From positions 1-35,198 of IMG/VR virus record IMGVR_UViG_3300017913_001170: 35,198 nucleotides of DNA; one strand, written 5' to 3'. The notes below the pieces were generated by a model. That model was not told the origin of the DNA. It saw nothing but the letters and a program-made list of their open reading frames with translations, and made no database searches. The position numbers and the translations under genes are program-made. Below, in pieces: positions 8,711 to 17,433 of the stretch. The number at the start of each line of letters is the position of its first letter. The first letter of the stretch is position 1. The DNA comes from a virus. Its lineage: Duplodnaviria; Caudoviricetes.

Positions 8711-9028
8711 ATGGCACAATGGGGAAAGACAGATACACTGGCAGATGCTCCTGCGTATCTATCAACAGAGGCTGCACAGCCAAACAAATCTCATGACAAA
8801 GACAACGCAGTGTTCGTTGACTTGACAGAAGCAGGTGTTGCATCTAACCGTGCAAAGGGTCTGAAGACGCCAGGTTGGAACTTGTATCATACATATTCAA
8901 CTGCAGATGGACGTACTCGTCACATTACTGAGTCACTAGTACCAATGAAAGTTTCTGCTGCAGATGCAGGTGACTTGGGTGTAACAGGTGATACAACAGA
9001 CGAAGATCCAATCGTAGCAGACAGCTAA
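8711..9028 (+). CDS. Hypothetical virion protein
   Basis: Strong SD and late promoter. MAQWGKTD...GLKTPGWNLYHTY resembles structural proteins of marine T4-like phages. Confidence 0.55.
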   Translation: MAQWGKTDTLADAPAYLSTEAAQPNKSHDKDNAVFVDLTEAGVASNRAKGLKTPGWNLYHTYSTADGRTRHITESLVPMKVSAADAGDLGVTGDTTDEDPIVADS

Positions 9029-9044
9029 GACTGATTATTAAATT

Positions 9045-9419
9045 ATGATATTGACAGAATCAACCTTTCTGATGTATGCAATGAAACACTATGACAATCC
9101 TCACTGTTCTGACATATCAGAATTTGAGGAAGACATGAAACGTTTTCAGTATCTCAGAAAACTTTTCGGGCGTTATAGACAAGAGAATGAACTGAAGGAA
9201 AGGTTGATTCTGAATCACATGATCATCATCTACAACGTATTTGGTGAGAATGGGACTCATATGTTATTCATGAAATTACCTGAGTACCACGAGTACTTGA
9301 AACCGTTTTGTGAGTATTTGAACTATATGCCTAGTGTCGTGAGGTATGACGGTCTTGTCATTAACAAACATAGTATTGTTGGTGATAGACATATATGTCA
9401 AGTACTTAAAGGAATCTAA
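9045..9419 (+). CDS. Conserved hypothetical protein of T4-like marine phages
   Basis: FLMYAMKHYDNPHC...FEEDMKRFQYLRKL...LKERLILNH pattern. Confidence 0.7.
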   Translation: MILTESTFLMYAMKHYDNPHCSDISEFEEDMKRFQYLRKLFGRYRQENELKERLILNHMIIIYNVFGENGTHMLFMKLPEYHEYLKPFCEYLNYMPSVVRYDGLVINKHSIVGDRHICQVLKGI

Positions 9420-9420
9420 A

Positions 9421-9822
9421 ATGGTCGTAGATCTATTTTTAGTATATCAATTCATACGCAAACTTACTACGCCCTTCGAAAAGTGGGAAGCGTACAAGTT
9501 GGGTATTATCGATGAAAAGGGTAATATCCTAATCAAACGTAAGAACTTCTTACAGAAGAAACAACGTGATGCGTTTGGGATCTTCGATTTGATGATTCTC
9601 AATCTTAAAAAACTACTTGCGAAAGTGCCAGGCGGTTCGTCTAGACTTGCGTCTTACGCAGCTGCATTGTTTCTTATTAAAGAATTTAATGAATTTAGTG
9701 AAGATTCCCTCTTGACAGAGGATCTAGACGATGATATAATCGAGCCAGCGCTTAAGAGATTTAAAGAAGAATATCTTGATGCTCTTAAAGCTAAGGGAGA
9801 TTTGAGTGAAGGAGATTTGTAA
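9421..9822 (+). CDS. Conserved hypothetical phage protein
   Basis: AAGGA SD favours a start at 9421. YQFIRKLTTPFEKWEAYKLGIIDEKG. Confidence 0.7.
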   Translation: MVVDLFLVYQFIRKLTTPFEKWEAYKLGIIDEKGNILIKRKNFLQKKQRDAFGIFDLMILNLKKLLAKVPGGSSRLASYAAALFLIKEFNEFSEDSLLTEDLDDDIIEPALKRFKEEYLDALKAKGDLSEGDL

Positions 9823-10019
9823 TGGCAATCGGTATGGCGTTTATTGTAAGGTACTTCGGTGGTGGTGCCCCTCATGCAATTAACGAATATTATGGAGTTG
9901 GCGCTGGTATTCCAAGTAGTGGTACAATTAGATGGTCAGACTTTGACTCATACTTTAGAAACAGAGGTATTACGCCAGGCGTAAGTTCAGTTTCTTTTGA
10001 CGTAACAGTGGACGTATAA
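9822..10019 (+). CDS. Small hypothetical protein with a fibre-associated motif
   Basis: GAAGGAG SD. INEYYG...GIPSSGTIRWSDF. Confidence 0.55.
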   Translation: MAIGMAFIVRYFGGGAPHAINEYYGVGAGIPSSGTIRWSDFDSYFRNRGITPGVSSVSFDVTVDV

Positions 10020-10023
10020 GAAA

Positions 10024-10467
10024 ATGGCAAAAGGTACTATTTTTACCAAACCTAAAACTAGAAAAGAATACGAGAACCCTGAAGTACTTATACAGGGTTA
10101 TGGTCGTATGAATTTAGACACTCTCAAAAAGAAGATTGCAAGAGATCATAACGATGCTGCAAGACACTTGAAGTCTGGTATGTATGAGAGTTACGCCATG
10201 GCAATGGATATGATCAACGAACTAATCGAAGCAGTCATGGATGTCGAAAAAGAAATGGATCGTCCACGTTATAAGAGATTAAAGTCTAGACTACAAGAGG
10301 AACCTGCAAACTCTGCAGGCGGTGGTGGAGTTGCAGGAATTGGTGTAGGACCAGATGGTGAACCAGGCGTTTCACGCAAAGCATCAAACAAGTATAAAAG
10401 GCGAAATCAAAAAGATATTCGAAAATTTATAAATAGAAAGACAATGAATCTTAAATTAGGAGAGTAA
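10024..10467 (+). CDS. Hypothetical protein (LQEE linker, Gly-rich segment, basic tail)
   Basis: RLQEEPANSAGGGGVAGIGVGPDGEPGV followed by a K/R-rich tail. Confidence 0.6.
   Translation: MAKGTIFTKPKTRKEYENPEVLIQGYGRMNLDTLKKKIARDHNDAARHLKSGMYESYAMAMDMINELIEAVMDVEKEMDRPRYKRLKSRLQEEPANSAGGGGVAGIGVGPDGEPGVSRKASNKYKRRNQKDIRKFINRKTMNLKLGE
10428..10435 (+). promoter_or_regulatory. T4-type late promoter TATAAATA
   Basis: Exact consensus about 35 nt upstream of the 10470 ATG, which has an AGGAG SD. Confidence 0.7.
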
Positions 10468-10469
10468 CC

Positions 10470-10688
10470 ATGTCTATTAGAGATATTATCGCAGCAGCAC
10501 TATCAAACGAACCAGTGCAAATGCAGAAAGCATTCGATGAAGAAATCTCAGGTCGTGTATCTGCAGCTTTGGAATCAAAGTACGCAGAAATGTCTGAAGC
10601 AAAAGTCAAAGAAGAAGACGAAGTCGAAGACGATGCAGAAGAAAAAGATGATGATGACGAAGAAGAAGAGGAAGAAGACGAAGAATAA
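10470..10688 (+). CDS. gp67-like prohead core protein
   Basis: 72 aa: N-terminal helix IIAAALSNEPVQMQKAFDEEI followed by a long D/E tail, the same architecture as T4 gp67. Confidence 0.6.
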   Translation: MSIRDIIAAALSNEPVQMQKAFDEEISGRVSAALESKYAEMSEAKVKEEDEVEDDAEEKDDDDEEEEEEDEE

Positions 10689-10703
10689 GTCTTCTCTTAA
10701 CGG

Positions 10704-11204
10704 ATGTTCACATCTATTAAAATTGCAATAGTTCTAACCGTCCTCGCTACAGGTGGGGTCGGTTATATGTACGTACAGAAGTTACAATCGGATCTTGAAA
10801 CTGCACGTGAAAACGTTGCAAAGATGGAAGTCGCAGTACGTACTGCAGAAGCAAGTATCGCAACTCTACAAGAAGATGCAGCAAAGATGCAAGAACTAAA
10901 CTTGCAACTGTCTGCAGATCTTCAAAAAGCTGAGGCATATGGTGATGATCTCAGAAGTAAACTCCAACGACATAATTTGACGGCACTGGCACTCAAAGCG
11001 CCGGGTCAACTTGAAGGAAAGATGAATGGTGCAACTGCAAAACTATGGCGTGAATTGGAACAAGACACTGGCGGTGCTGGGGATTCCCCTCTTCCTAGTT
11101 GGTTGCAGCGCCCTGACACCAGAACCGAAAGTAGTGACGGTGACGGAAATCCAGAAGACAACAGTTCCGATAGTAGCACGCCCGAAACCGATCAGCCTAA
11201 CTGA
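10704..11204 (+). CDS. i-spanin (Rz-like)
   Basis: N-terminal TM followed by a long coiled coil. Overlaps a lipoprotein gene in another frame. Confidence 0.75.
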   Translation: MFTSIKIAIVLTVLATGGVGYMYVQKLQSDLETARENVAKMEVAVRTAEASIATLQEDAAKMQELNLQLSADLQKAEAYGDDLRSKLQRHNLTALALKAPGQLEGKMNGATAKLWRELEQDTGGAGDSPLPSWLQRPDTRTESSDGDGNPEDNSSDSSTPETDQPN

Positions 11205-11409
11205 CACACGTCTATACGTGGTCAATGAAGAAAACCTTGAAGAGTTCCTTGCAGAATTTGAAGAGGTCAACGGTAATCGTGCGTTTGTTGCATTCTCAGT
11301 TAAGGACTATGAAAATCTTGCATTAAATATTGCGGAGTTGCGTAGATATATAAAGCAACAAGGCGAAATAATTCTATATTACGAAGAAGCGGTGAAACCA
11401 GAATCATAA
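11026..11409 (+). CDS. o-spanin (Rz1-like lipoprotein)
   Basis: GAAGGA SD. Lipobox LFLVGC and a Pro-rich mature region. Starts inside the i-spanin gene. Confidence 0.75.
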   Translation: MVQLQNYGVNWNKTLAVLGIPLFLVGCSALTPEPKVVTVTEIQKTTVPIVARPKPISLTDTRLYVVNEENLEEFLAEFEEVNGNRAFVAFSVKDYENLALNIAELRRYIKQQGEIILYYEEAVKPES

Positions 11410-11412
11410 ATA
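11405..11412 (+). promoter_or_regulatory. Late promoter-like CATAAATA
   Basis: Overlaps the o-spanin stop, upstream of 11486. Confidence 0.55.
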
Positions 11413-11485
11413 ATACAACAGTATGCAGATGTGATAAATTTGAGGGGGTCTTATGTCCCCCTTTGTCATCTCTAGGAATACGATT

Positions 11486-11980
11486 ATGGCTGAACAACAA
11501 AGTAATTTAGAAACAGATATAGCACTTATTAAATCTGATATCAAACAGATTAATAAGTTTTTCTCAAAGGTGGAAACATCTCTTGATATTTTGACTGAAC
11601 TTCAACGTGAAGTAGCGGTCCAACAAGAGACGTTAAAATTCCAAGGGGACAAACTTGAAGATGTAGAAGACATTTGTACATCATATAAGAAAGAAGAAGC
11701 CCTTAGACTAACTGTACTCAGCGACAGATTAGAGGAATATCGTCGTATGGCCAGAGAAGATCATTCAAAACTTACAGAAAAAAATAATGCGATCCGTGAA
11801 TCTTCCAACAAAGAAATCCTTGATCGTTTAGATCAAATGGAACGTACACTCCACGAACGTATTACAGAACAGACCAAACGTATCAATTCTTTAGAGAACT
11901 GGCGTTACTACATCATGGGTGTAGGCGCAGTTTTGTTAATTCTCATTGCAAGAATCAATTGGCCTAATCTTTTTGGTTGA
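11486..11980 (+). CDS. Coiled-coil protein with a C-terminal TM (holin candidate)
   Basis: AGGA SD before the 11486 ATG. LENWRYYIMGVGAVLLILIA tail. Directly after the spanins. Confidence 0.5.
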   Translation: MAEQQSNLETDIALIKSDIKQINKFFSKVETSLDILTELQREVAVQQETLKFQGDKLEDVEDICTSYKKEEALRLTVLSDRLEEYRRMAREDHSKLTEKNNAIRESSNKEILDRLDQMERTLHERITEQTKRINSLENWRYYIMGVGAVLLILIARINWPNLFG

Positions 11981-12005
11981 CAAGTCGATCTGATTGGTGT
12001 ATAGT
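11977..12005 (+). promoter_or_regulatory. Sigma70-type early promoter for primase
   Basis: TTGACA-17 nt-TATAGT, followed by an AGGAG SD. Confidence 0.8.
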
Positions 12006-12036
12006 ACATCTATTAGATTAGGAGAAACTTTTTATT

Positions 12037-13044
12037 ATGGTTGCGTTCAACGACTTGCACTATGCCCAGATGTTGTCTGGGCGTCTCGAAAACTTTCGCA
12101 TTCGAAACACAAATCCCTACAAAATAAATTTTAGATGTCCGATCTGCGGTGACTCACAGAAGTCTCGCACGAAGTCACGTGGATGGTTGTTAGAGAAAGA
12201 GAATAGGTTCCTCTTCTACTGTCATAATTGTGGCGCCTCTCATGGGTTTCAGAACTTCCTAAAGGTAGTAGATCCTCTACTCTACAATGACTACATTGCA
12301 GACAAATTTATCAAAAAAGACAAAAAAGAAGAGTTCCAGTTCAAAGATGATACTGGAAAGAAACTGTCTGTACTAAAAGATAATCCGTTAAAGAAAATAA
12401 AAAAAGTATCGCAACTTTCCCACACTCATGCGATCAAAAGATATATAAGTAGTAGACAGATTCCGGCACGTCACCACTATCGTCTTTATTACGTCAAGGC
12501 ATTCAAAAGCTGGATTAACGGAATCATCCCTGACAAATTTGAAAACTTAGATAAGGACGAACCACGCCTAGTAATACCTTTCCTCGACAAGAATAAAAAA
12601 GTCTTCGGTGTTTCTGCCCGTGGTTTCAATCCCAATGGTGTTCGATATCTTACCATCATGTTTGATGATGTACCTAAAGTCTTTGGACTTGATACTGTAG
12701 ATTTCGAACGTCCATATCATATTGTAGAGGGCGCAATTGACAGTATGTTTCTTTCTAACGCAGTCGCAATGGCGGGTGCGGATGGAAACGTATCCGCATT
12801 TGAAAATATGGATAATGCAGTTTTTGTTTTTGATGCAGAACCTCGTAACAAAGAAATCCATCAACGGATGGAACGAGTGATCAGACAGGGGTACAAAATC
12901 TGTATCTGGCCCGACAACATGAAGGGTAAAGACATCAACGAGATGGTTCTGAATGGTGTTACAGATGTCGAACAAGTGATTAAAGATAATACGTATAAAG
13001 GTTTGGAAGCAAACCTCAGACTACAAAGGTGGAGAAAAACATGA
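12037..13044 (+). CDS. 61: DNA primase (T4 gp61-like)
   Basis: NFRCPICGDS...YCHNCG zinc finger; TOPRIM VEGAIDSMF; KDINEMV. Confidence 0.95.
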   Translation: MVAFNDLHYAQMLSGRLENFRIRNTNPYKINFRCPICGDSQKSRTKSRGWLLEKENRFLFYCHNCGASHGFQNFLKVVDPLLYNDYIADKFIKKDKKEEFQFKDDTGKKLSVLKDNPLKKIKKVSQLSHTHAIKRYISSRQIPARHHYRLYYVKAFKSWINGIIPDKFENLDKDEPRLVIPFLDKNKKVFGVSARGFNPNGVRYLTIMFDDVPKVFGLDTVDFERPYHIVEGAIDSMFLSNAVAMAGADGNVSAFENMDNAVFVFDAEPRNKEIHQRMERVIRQGYKICIWPDNMKGKDINEMVLNGVTDVEQVIKDNTYKGLEANLRLQRWRKT

Positions 13045-13736
13045 AGACACGACTGATCAGTTACAGTCAACCCCCAAAAGATACCTTTATTGGTATGGAA
13101 GATGTGCAAGATCTCATTGCGTACTGTGCAAGAGTATCAAACCCATCTAATCAATTCAACTCAGAGACCTCTGAAAAACTTCTCAATTATCTCGCAAAAC
13201 ATAAACACTGGTCGCCATTTGAAATGGTGTCTGCATGTATTGAAGTAGAGACTACACGTGATATTGCACGTCAACTTTTACGTCATCGTTCGTTTTCATT
13301 CCAAGAGTTCTCACAACGTTATGCAGATCCAGTAAAAGAATTAGAATTTGTGAAACGTGAGTGTCGTCTTCAAGATCATAAGAACCGTCAAAACTCTATT
13401 GAGATTGAAAATGACCCTGCACTTATTCAAGATCAAAAGAACTTAGATCTGATTTCAGAATGGAATCGTCGTCAGACTGGTATAATTGAAATGGTCAAAA
13501 AACACTACGAATGGGCGATTGAAAATAATATCGCTAAAGAACAGGCACGTGCAATCCTTCCAGAAGGTTTGACAGTGTCACGTCTATATGTGAATGGTAC
13601 TATTCGTTCTTGGATTCATTATGTTGAACTTCGAAGTGCAAACGGTACACAAAAAGAACACATGGAACTAGCAAGAGATATCGGCAAAGTTATTGCTGAG
13701 GTATTTCCTCTCGCAAACAAATATATTAACAAATAG
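13041..13736 (+). CDS. thyX: Flavin-dependent thymidylate synthase
   Basis: RHRSFSFQEFSQRY ThyX motif and HWSPFE. ATGA overlap with primase. Confidence 0.95.
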   Translation: MKTRLISYSQPPKDTFIGMEDVQDLIAYCARVSNPSNQFNSETSEKLLNYLAKHKHWSPFEMVSACIEVETTRDIARQLLRHRSFSFQEFSQRYADPVKELEFVKRECRLQDHKNRQNSIEIENDPALIQDQKNLDLISEWNRRQTGIIEMVKKHYEWAIENNIAKEQARAILPEGLTVSRLYVNGTIRSWIHYVELRSANGTQKEHMELARDIGKVIAEVFPLANKYINK

Positions 13737-13745
13737 GAACATCTT

Positions 13746-16043
13746 ATGACGCAAGTAACAAAGCGGGATGGATCTAAGGAAGAACTCAACATCGAAAAAT
13801 TGCACAAAGTGGTATTCCATGCGTGTGATGATATTACTGGTGTAAGTCCAAGTGAAGTTGAAATTAAAAGTCAGATCCAATTCTATAACGGAATAACAAC
13901 TACTGAAATACAAGAAACACTGATCAAGGCTGCGGCGGATCTTATTGCTGAAGAGACGCCTAACTATCAATACGTTGGTGGTCGTCTAATCAATTATCAA
14001 TTGCGAAAAGAAGTGTATGGTGGTTATGAACCGTGCACCGTAAAAGAACTAGTTGAACGTAATATTGAGAAGGGTTTCTATGATCCAGAACTACTCGAAC
14101 AATATACAGATGAAGAGTGGGAAAAAATAGATGGTTTTGTTAACCACGGGCGTGATGAGAATCTTACTTATGTTGCGATGGAACAACTACGTGGTAAGTA
14201 CCTCGTACAAAACCGTGTGACTGGTGAAATCTTCGAAACACCTCAGATGTGTTATGTTCTAATTGCTGCAACGTTGTTTCAGAACTACCCAAATGACACA
14301 CGTCTACAATATGTAAAGGATTACTACAATGCTATCAGTCAACATGATATTAGTTTGCCTACTCCTGTTATGGCTGGGGTACGCACTCCACAGAGGCAGT
14401 TCTCCAGCTGTGTCCTCATCGAAACTGATGACAGTTTGGACAGTATTAATGCTACTTCTAGCAGTATCGTAAAGTATGTAAGTCAGAAAGCGGGTATTGG
14501 TATCGGTGGTGGTAACATCCGTGCGATTGGTTCTCCAATCCGTAAGGGTGACGCATTCCATACAGGTATCATTCCTTTCTACAAACACTTTCAGTCTGCA
14601 ACTAAGTCTTGTTCGCAAGGTGGTGTACGTGGTGGCGCAGCGACTATTTACTATCCGATCTGGCACCTTGAAGTCGAAGATATGATTGTGTTGAAGAACA
14701 ACAAAGGCACAGAAGAGAACCGTGTACGTCACATGGACTACGGTGTTCAGTTTAACAAGTTGATGTACGAACGTCTGATTACTGGTGGTGATATTACTCT
14801 ATTCTCTCCCTCAGACGTGCCTGGACTGTATGATGCATTCTTTGCTGATCAAGATAAGTTCAAGGAACTATATGAGACTGCAGAACGCAACACACGTCTG
14901 CGCAAGAAGACTATCAAGGCGATTGATCTGTTCTCTATGTTTATGGAAGAACGTAAGAACACAGGTCGTATCTATCTACAGAATGTAGACAATGCAAATG
15001 ATCATGGTTCGTTCCTACCAGAAGTTGCGCCTATTCGTCAATCGAATCTTTGTGCAGAAATTGACTTGCCAACAAAACCATTAAATGATATAAATGACCC
15101 TGAAGGAGAAATCAGTCTTTGTACTCTATCTGCAATCAACTGGGGTAACGTGAGGTCACCAGAAGACTTCGAACGTGCGTGTACTCTTGCGGTTCGTGGT
15201 TTGGATGCGTTGTTGTCATATCAGAATTATCCCATTTTGGCTGCACGTCTATCGACTGAGAAACGTAGACCACTAGGTGTAGGTATCATCAACTTCGCAT
15301 ATTGGATGGCGAAACATGATCTATCTTATCAGGATGTTACACCAGAAGGTCTGGAATTGATTGACGAATATGCAGAAGCATGGTCTTACTATTTGATCAA
15401 AGCGTCTGCAGATCTTGCAGTAGAACAAGGTTCAATTAGTGGTGCGGATGAGACTAAGTATGGGCATGGTATCACGCCTAACCAAACATACAAGAAAGAT
15501 CTTGATGAACTAGTTCCTCATAAAGAACGTATGGATTGGGAAGGACTACGTGCACAGTTGAAAGAGACTGGTATCCGTAACTCAACACTTATGGCGTTAA
15601 TGCCTTCAGAAACTAGTGCACAGGTTGCGAATGCGACAAATGGTATTGAACCACCTCGTTCACTAATTTCAGTAAAACAATCAAAACACGGAGTTTTGAA
15701 ACAAGTTGTACCTGAGTACAAACGTTTGAAGAATAAATATGATCTCCTGTGGGATCAACAGACACCAGTCGGTTATCTCAAAATCATGGCAGTTCTACAG
15801 AAATATATCGATCAGGGTATCTCAGTCAATACGTCTTATAATCCTAAGTTCTATGAGGATGAAAAGATTCCAATGAGTGAGATGTTACAACACCTGTTGA
15901 TGTTCTACAAGTACGGCGGGAAACAACTATATTATTTTAATACCTATGATGGTCAAGGTGAAGTAGACGTTAGTAAACTGATGGAAGAACCCCTTGAACA
16001 AACAGATTTAGACGAATCAGCATGTGAAAGTTGCACAATTTAG
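13746..16043 (+). CDS. nrdA: Ribonucleotide reductase class Ia, alpha subunit
   Basis: N-terminal ATP cone VTKRDG, FSSCVL, QSNLCAEI, LYY, C-terminal CESC. No intein-sized insertion. Confidence 0.97.
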   Translation: MTQVTKRDGSKEELNIEKLHKVVFHACDDITGVSPSEVEIKSQIQFYNGITTTEIQETLIKAAADLIAEETPNYQYVGGRLINYQLRKEVYGGYEPCTVKELVERNIEKGFYDPELLEQYTDEEWEKIDGFVNHGRDENLTYVAMEQLRGKYLVQNRVTGEIFETPQMCYVLIAATLFQNYPNDTRLQYVKDYYNAISQHDISLPTPVMAGVRTPQRQFSSCVLIETDDSLDSINATSSSIVKYVSQKAGIGIGGGNIRAIGSPIRKGDAFHTGIIPFYKHFQSATKSCSQGGVRGGAATIYYPIWHLEVEDMIVLKNNKGTEENRVRHMDYGVQFNKLMYERLITGGDITLFSPSDVPGLYDAFFADQDKFKELYETAERNTRLRKKTIKAIDLFSMFMEERKNTGRIYLQNVDNANDHGSFLPEVAPIRQSNLCAEIDLPTKPLNDINDPEGEISLCTLSAINWGNVRSPEDFERACTLAVRGLDALLSYQNYPILAARLSTEKRRPLGVGIINFAYWMAKHDLSYQDVTPEGLELIDEYAEAWSYYLIKASADLAVEQGSISGADETKYGHGITPNQTYKKDLDELVPHKERMDWEGLRAQLKETGIRNSTLMALMPSETSAQVANATNGIEPPRSLISVKQSKHGVLKQVVPEYKRLKNKYDLLWDQQTPVGYLKIMAVLQKYIDQGISVNTSYNPKFYEDEKIPMSEMLQHLLMFYKYGGKQLYYFNTYDGQGEVDVSKLMEEPLEQTDLDESACESCTI

Positions 16044-16053
16044 AGGAAAGTAA

Positions 16054-17184
16054 ATGAGCGTTTTTGACGTTAACAATCGTACTGATCACACAAAAGTAAA
16101 AATGTTTTTGGACCCTTCAGGGGGTCCAACCATTCAACGTTATGATCAGTTGAAGTATAAATCATTTGATAAGTTGACGGACAGTCAACTAGGTTTCTTT
16201 TGGCGTCCAGAAGAAGTGGATATCTATCAGGATGCAAAAGACTTTAAGAGTCTAACTGAACACGAACAACACATTTTTACATCAAATCTGAAGAGACAGA
16301 TCCTATTGGACTCCGTGCAAGGACGTGCGCCTGTTGAAGCATTCAACCCAATTGTCAGTCTTCCTGAGATGGAAAACTGGATTCAGACGTGGACGTTCTC
16401 TGAGACGATCCACAGTCGTTCATATACACACATCATTCGTAATGTGTATCCTAATCCATCAAAAGTATTTGATGAACTGATGGACATTGCACCAATCGTA
16501 GATTGTGCAGATTCTATCTCAGAGTACTATGATAAGTTAATTGAGATGAGTTCTTGGTATAATCTACTGGGTGAAGGTCGTCACGCAATCAATGGTGAGA
16601 TCGTCGTGGTCGATCTATATGAACTAAAGAAACTTCTTTGGTTGACATTGATGAGTGTAAACATTCTAGAAGGAGTTCGTTTCTATGTTTCTTTTGCTTG
16701 CTCTTGGGCGTTCGCAGAACTTAAAAAGATGGAAGGAAACGCAAAGATTATCAAGCTTATTGCTCGAGATGAGAATCTACACTTAGGTTCTACTCAGTTG
16801 ATGTTGCGTACCTTGAAGAATAAGGACGATCCAGACTTTGCAAAAATTGCAGAGGAAACCAAAGATGAATGTATCCAGATGTTCGTGGATGCAGTCAATC
16901 AAGAAAAAGCGTGGGCAGATTACCTGTTCAAAGACGGATCTATGATTGGTCTTAACGCACAACTACTAGGTGAGTATATTGAGTATATCTGCACTCGACG
17001 TATGAAACACGTTGATCTTGAATCTCCTTATAATGTTAAATCCAATCCTCTTCCTTGGACACAGAAGTGGATCTCAGGTGCAGAAGTCCAAGTAGCACCA
17101 CAAGAAACAGAGATTACATCATACGTTTCTGGTGGAACAAAACAAGACGTATCAACAGACACATTTAAGGGGTTCGCACTATGA
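16054..17184 (+). CDS. nrdB: Ribonucleotide reductase class Ia, beta subunit
   Basis: FFWRPEE, ETIHSRSY, LEGVRFYVSF, RDENLH, QVAPQETEITSY. Confidence 0.97.
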   Translation: MSVFDVNNRTDHTKVKMFLDPSGGPTIQRYDQLKYKSFDKLTDSQLGFFWRPEEVDIYQDAKDFKSLTEHEQHIFTSNLKRQILLDSVQGRAPVEAFNPIVSLPEMENWIQTWTFSETIHSRSYTHIIRNVYPNPSKVFDELMDIAPIVDCADSISEYYDKLIEMSSWYNLLGEGRHAINGEIVVVDLYELKKLLWLTLMSVNILEGVRFYVSFACSWAFAELKKMEGNAKIIKLIARDENLHLGSTQLMLRTLKNKDDPDFAKIAEETKDECIQMFVDAVNQEKAWADYLFKDGSMIGLNAQLLGEYIEYICTRRMKHVDLESPYNVKSNPLPWTQKWISGAEVQVAPQETEITSYVSGGTKQDVSTDTFKGFAL

Positions 17185-17408
17185 TCGAAATTTACGGTAA
17201 AGACGCATGTACATTCTGCTCTAAAGCAACTGGTCTTGCAGAGACACTGGGACTTAACTACGTTTACAAAAAACTAGGTAATGATTTCAGTCGTGAAGAA
17301 CTCTTTGAAATGTTTCCAAACGCACGTACATTCCCACAGATCCGTGCGAATGGTGAATACATTGGTGGGTATGAACAATTCGTACAATATGTTAAGAAGG
17401 CAGCATAA
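17181..17408 (+). CDS. nrdC: Glutaredoxin
   Basis: CTFC, TFPQI, IGGY; follows nrdB. Confidence 0.85.
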   Translation: MIEIYGKDACTFCSKATGLAETLGLNYVYKKLGNDFSREELFEMFPNARTFPQIRANGEYIGGYEQFVQYVKKAA

Positions 17409-17411
17409 ATA
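17404..17411 (+). promoter_or_regulatory. Late promoter-like CATAAATA upstream of hemA
   Basis: Same octamer as upstream of the structural genes. Confidence 0.55.
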
Positions 17412-17433
17412 TCTCTGTAATTAACAGTAGAGT

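Noticed and set aside
9346-9420. Upstream ORF-track starts for several genes (9346, 11453, 13029, 18783, 21581, 24423)
   Set aside because: Downstream ATGs (9421, 11486, 13041, 18840, 21605, 24480) have better SD or stop-start coupling and avoid long overlaps.
10605-10686. GAA/GAT/GAC low-complexity tract as a microsatellite
   Set aside because: It simply encodes the acidic tail of the gp67-like protein.
13746-17184. Introns, inteins or homing endonucleases in nrdA/nrdB
   Set aside because: Both ORFs are continuous and of normal length.
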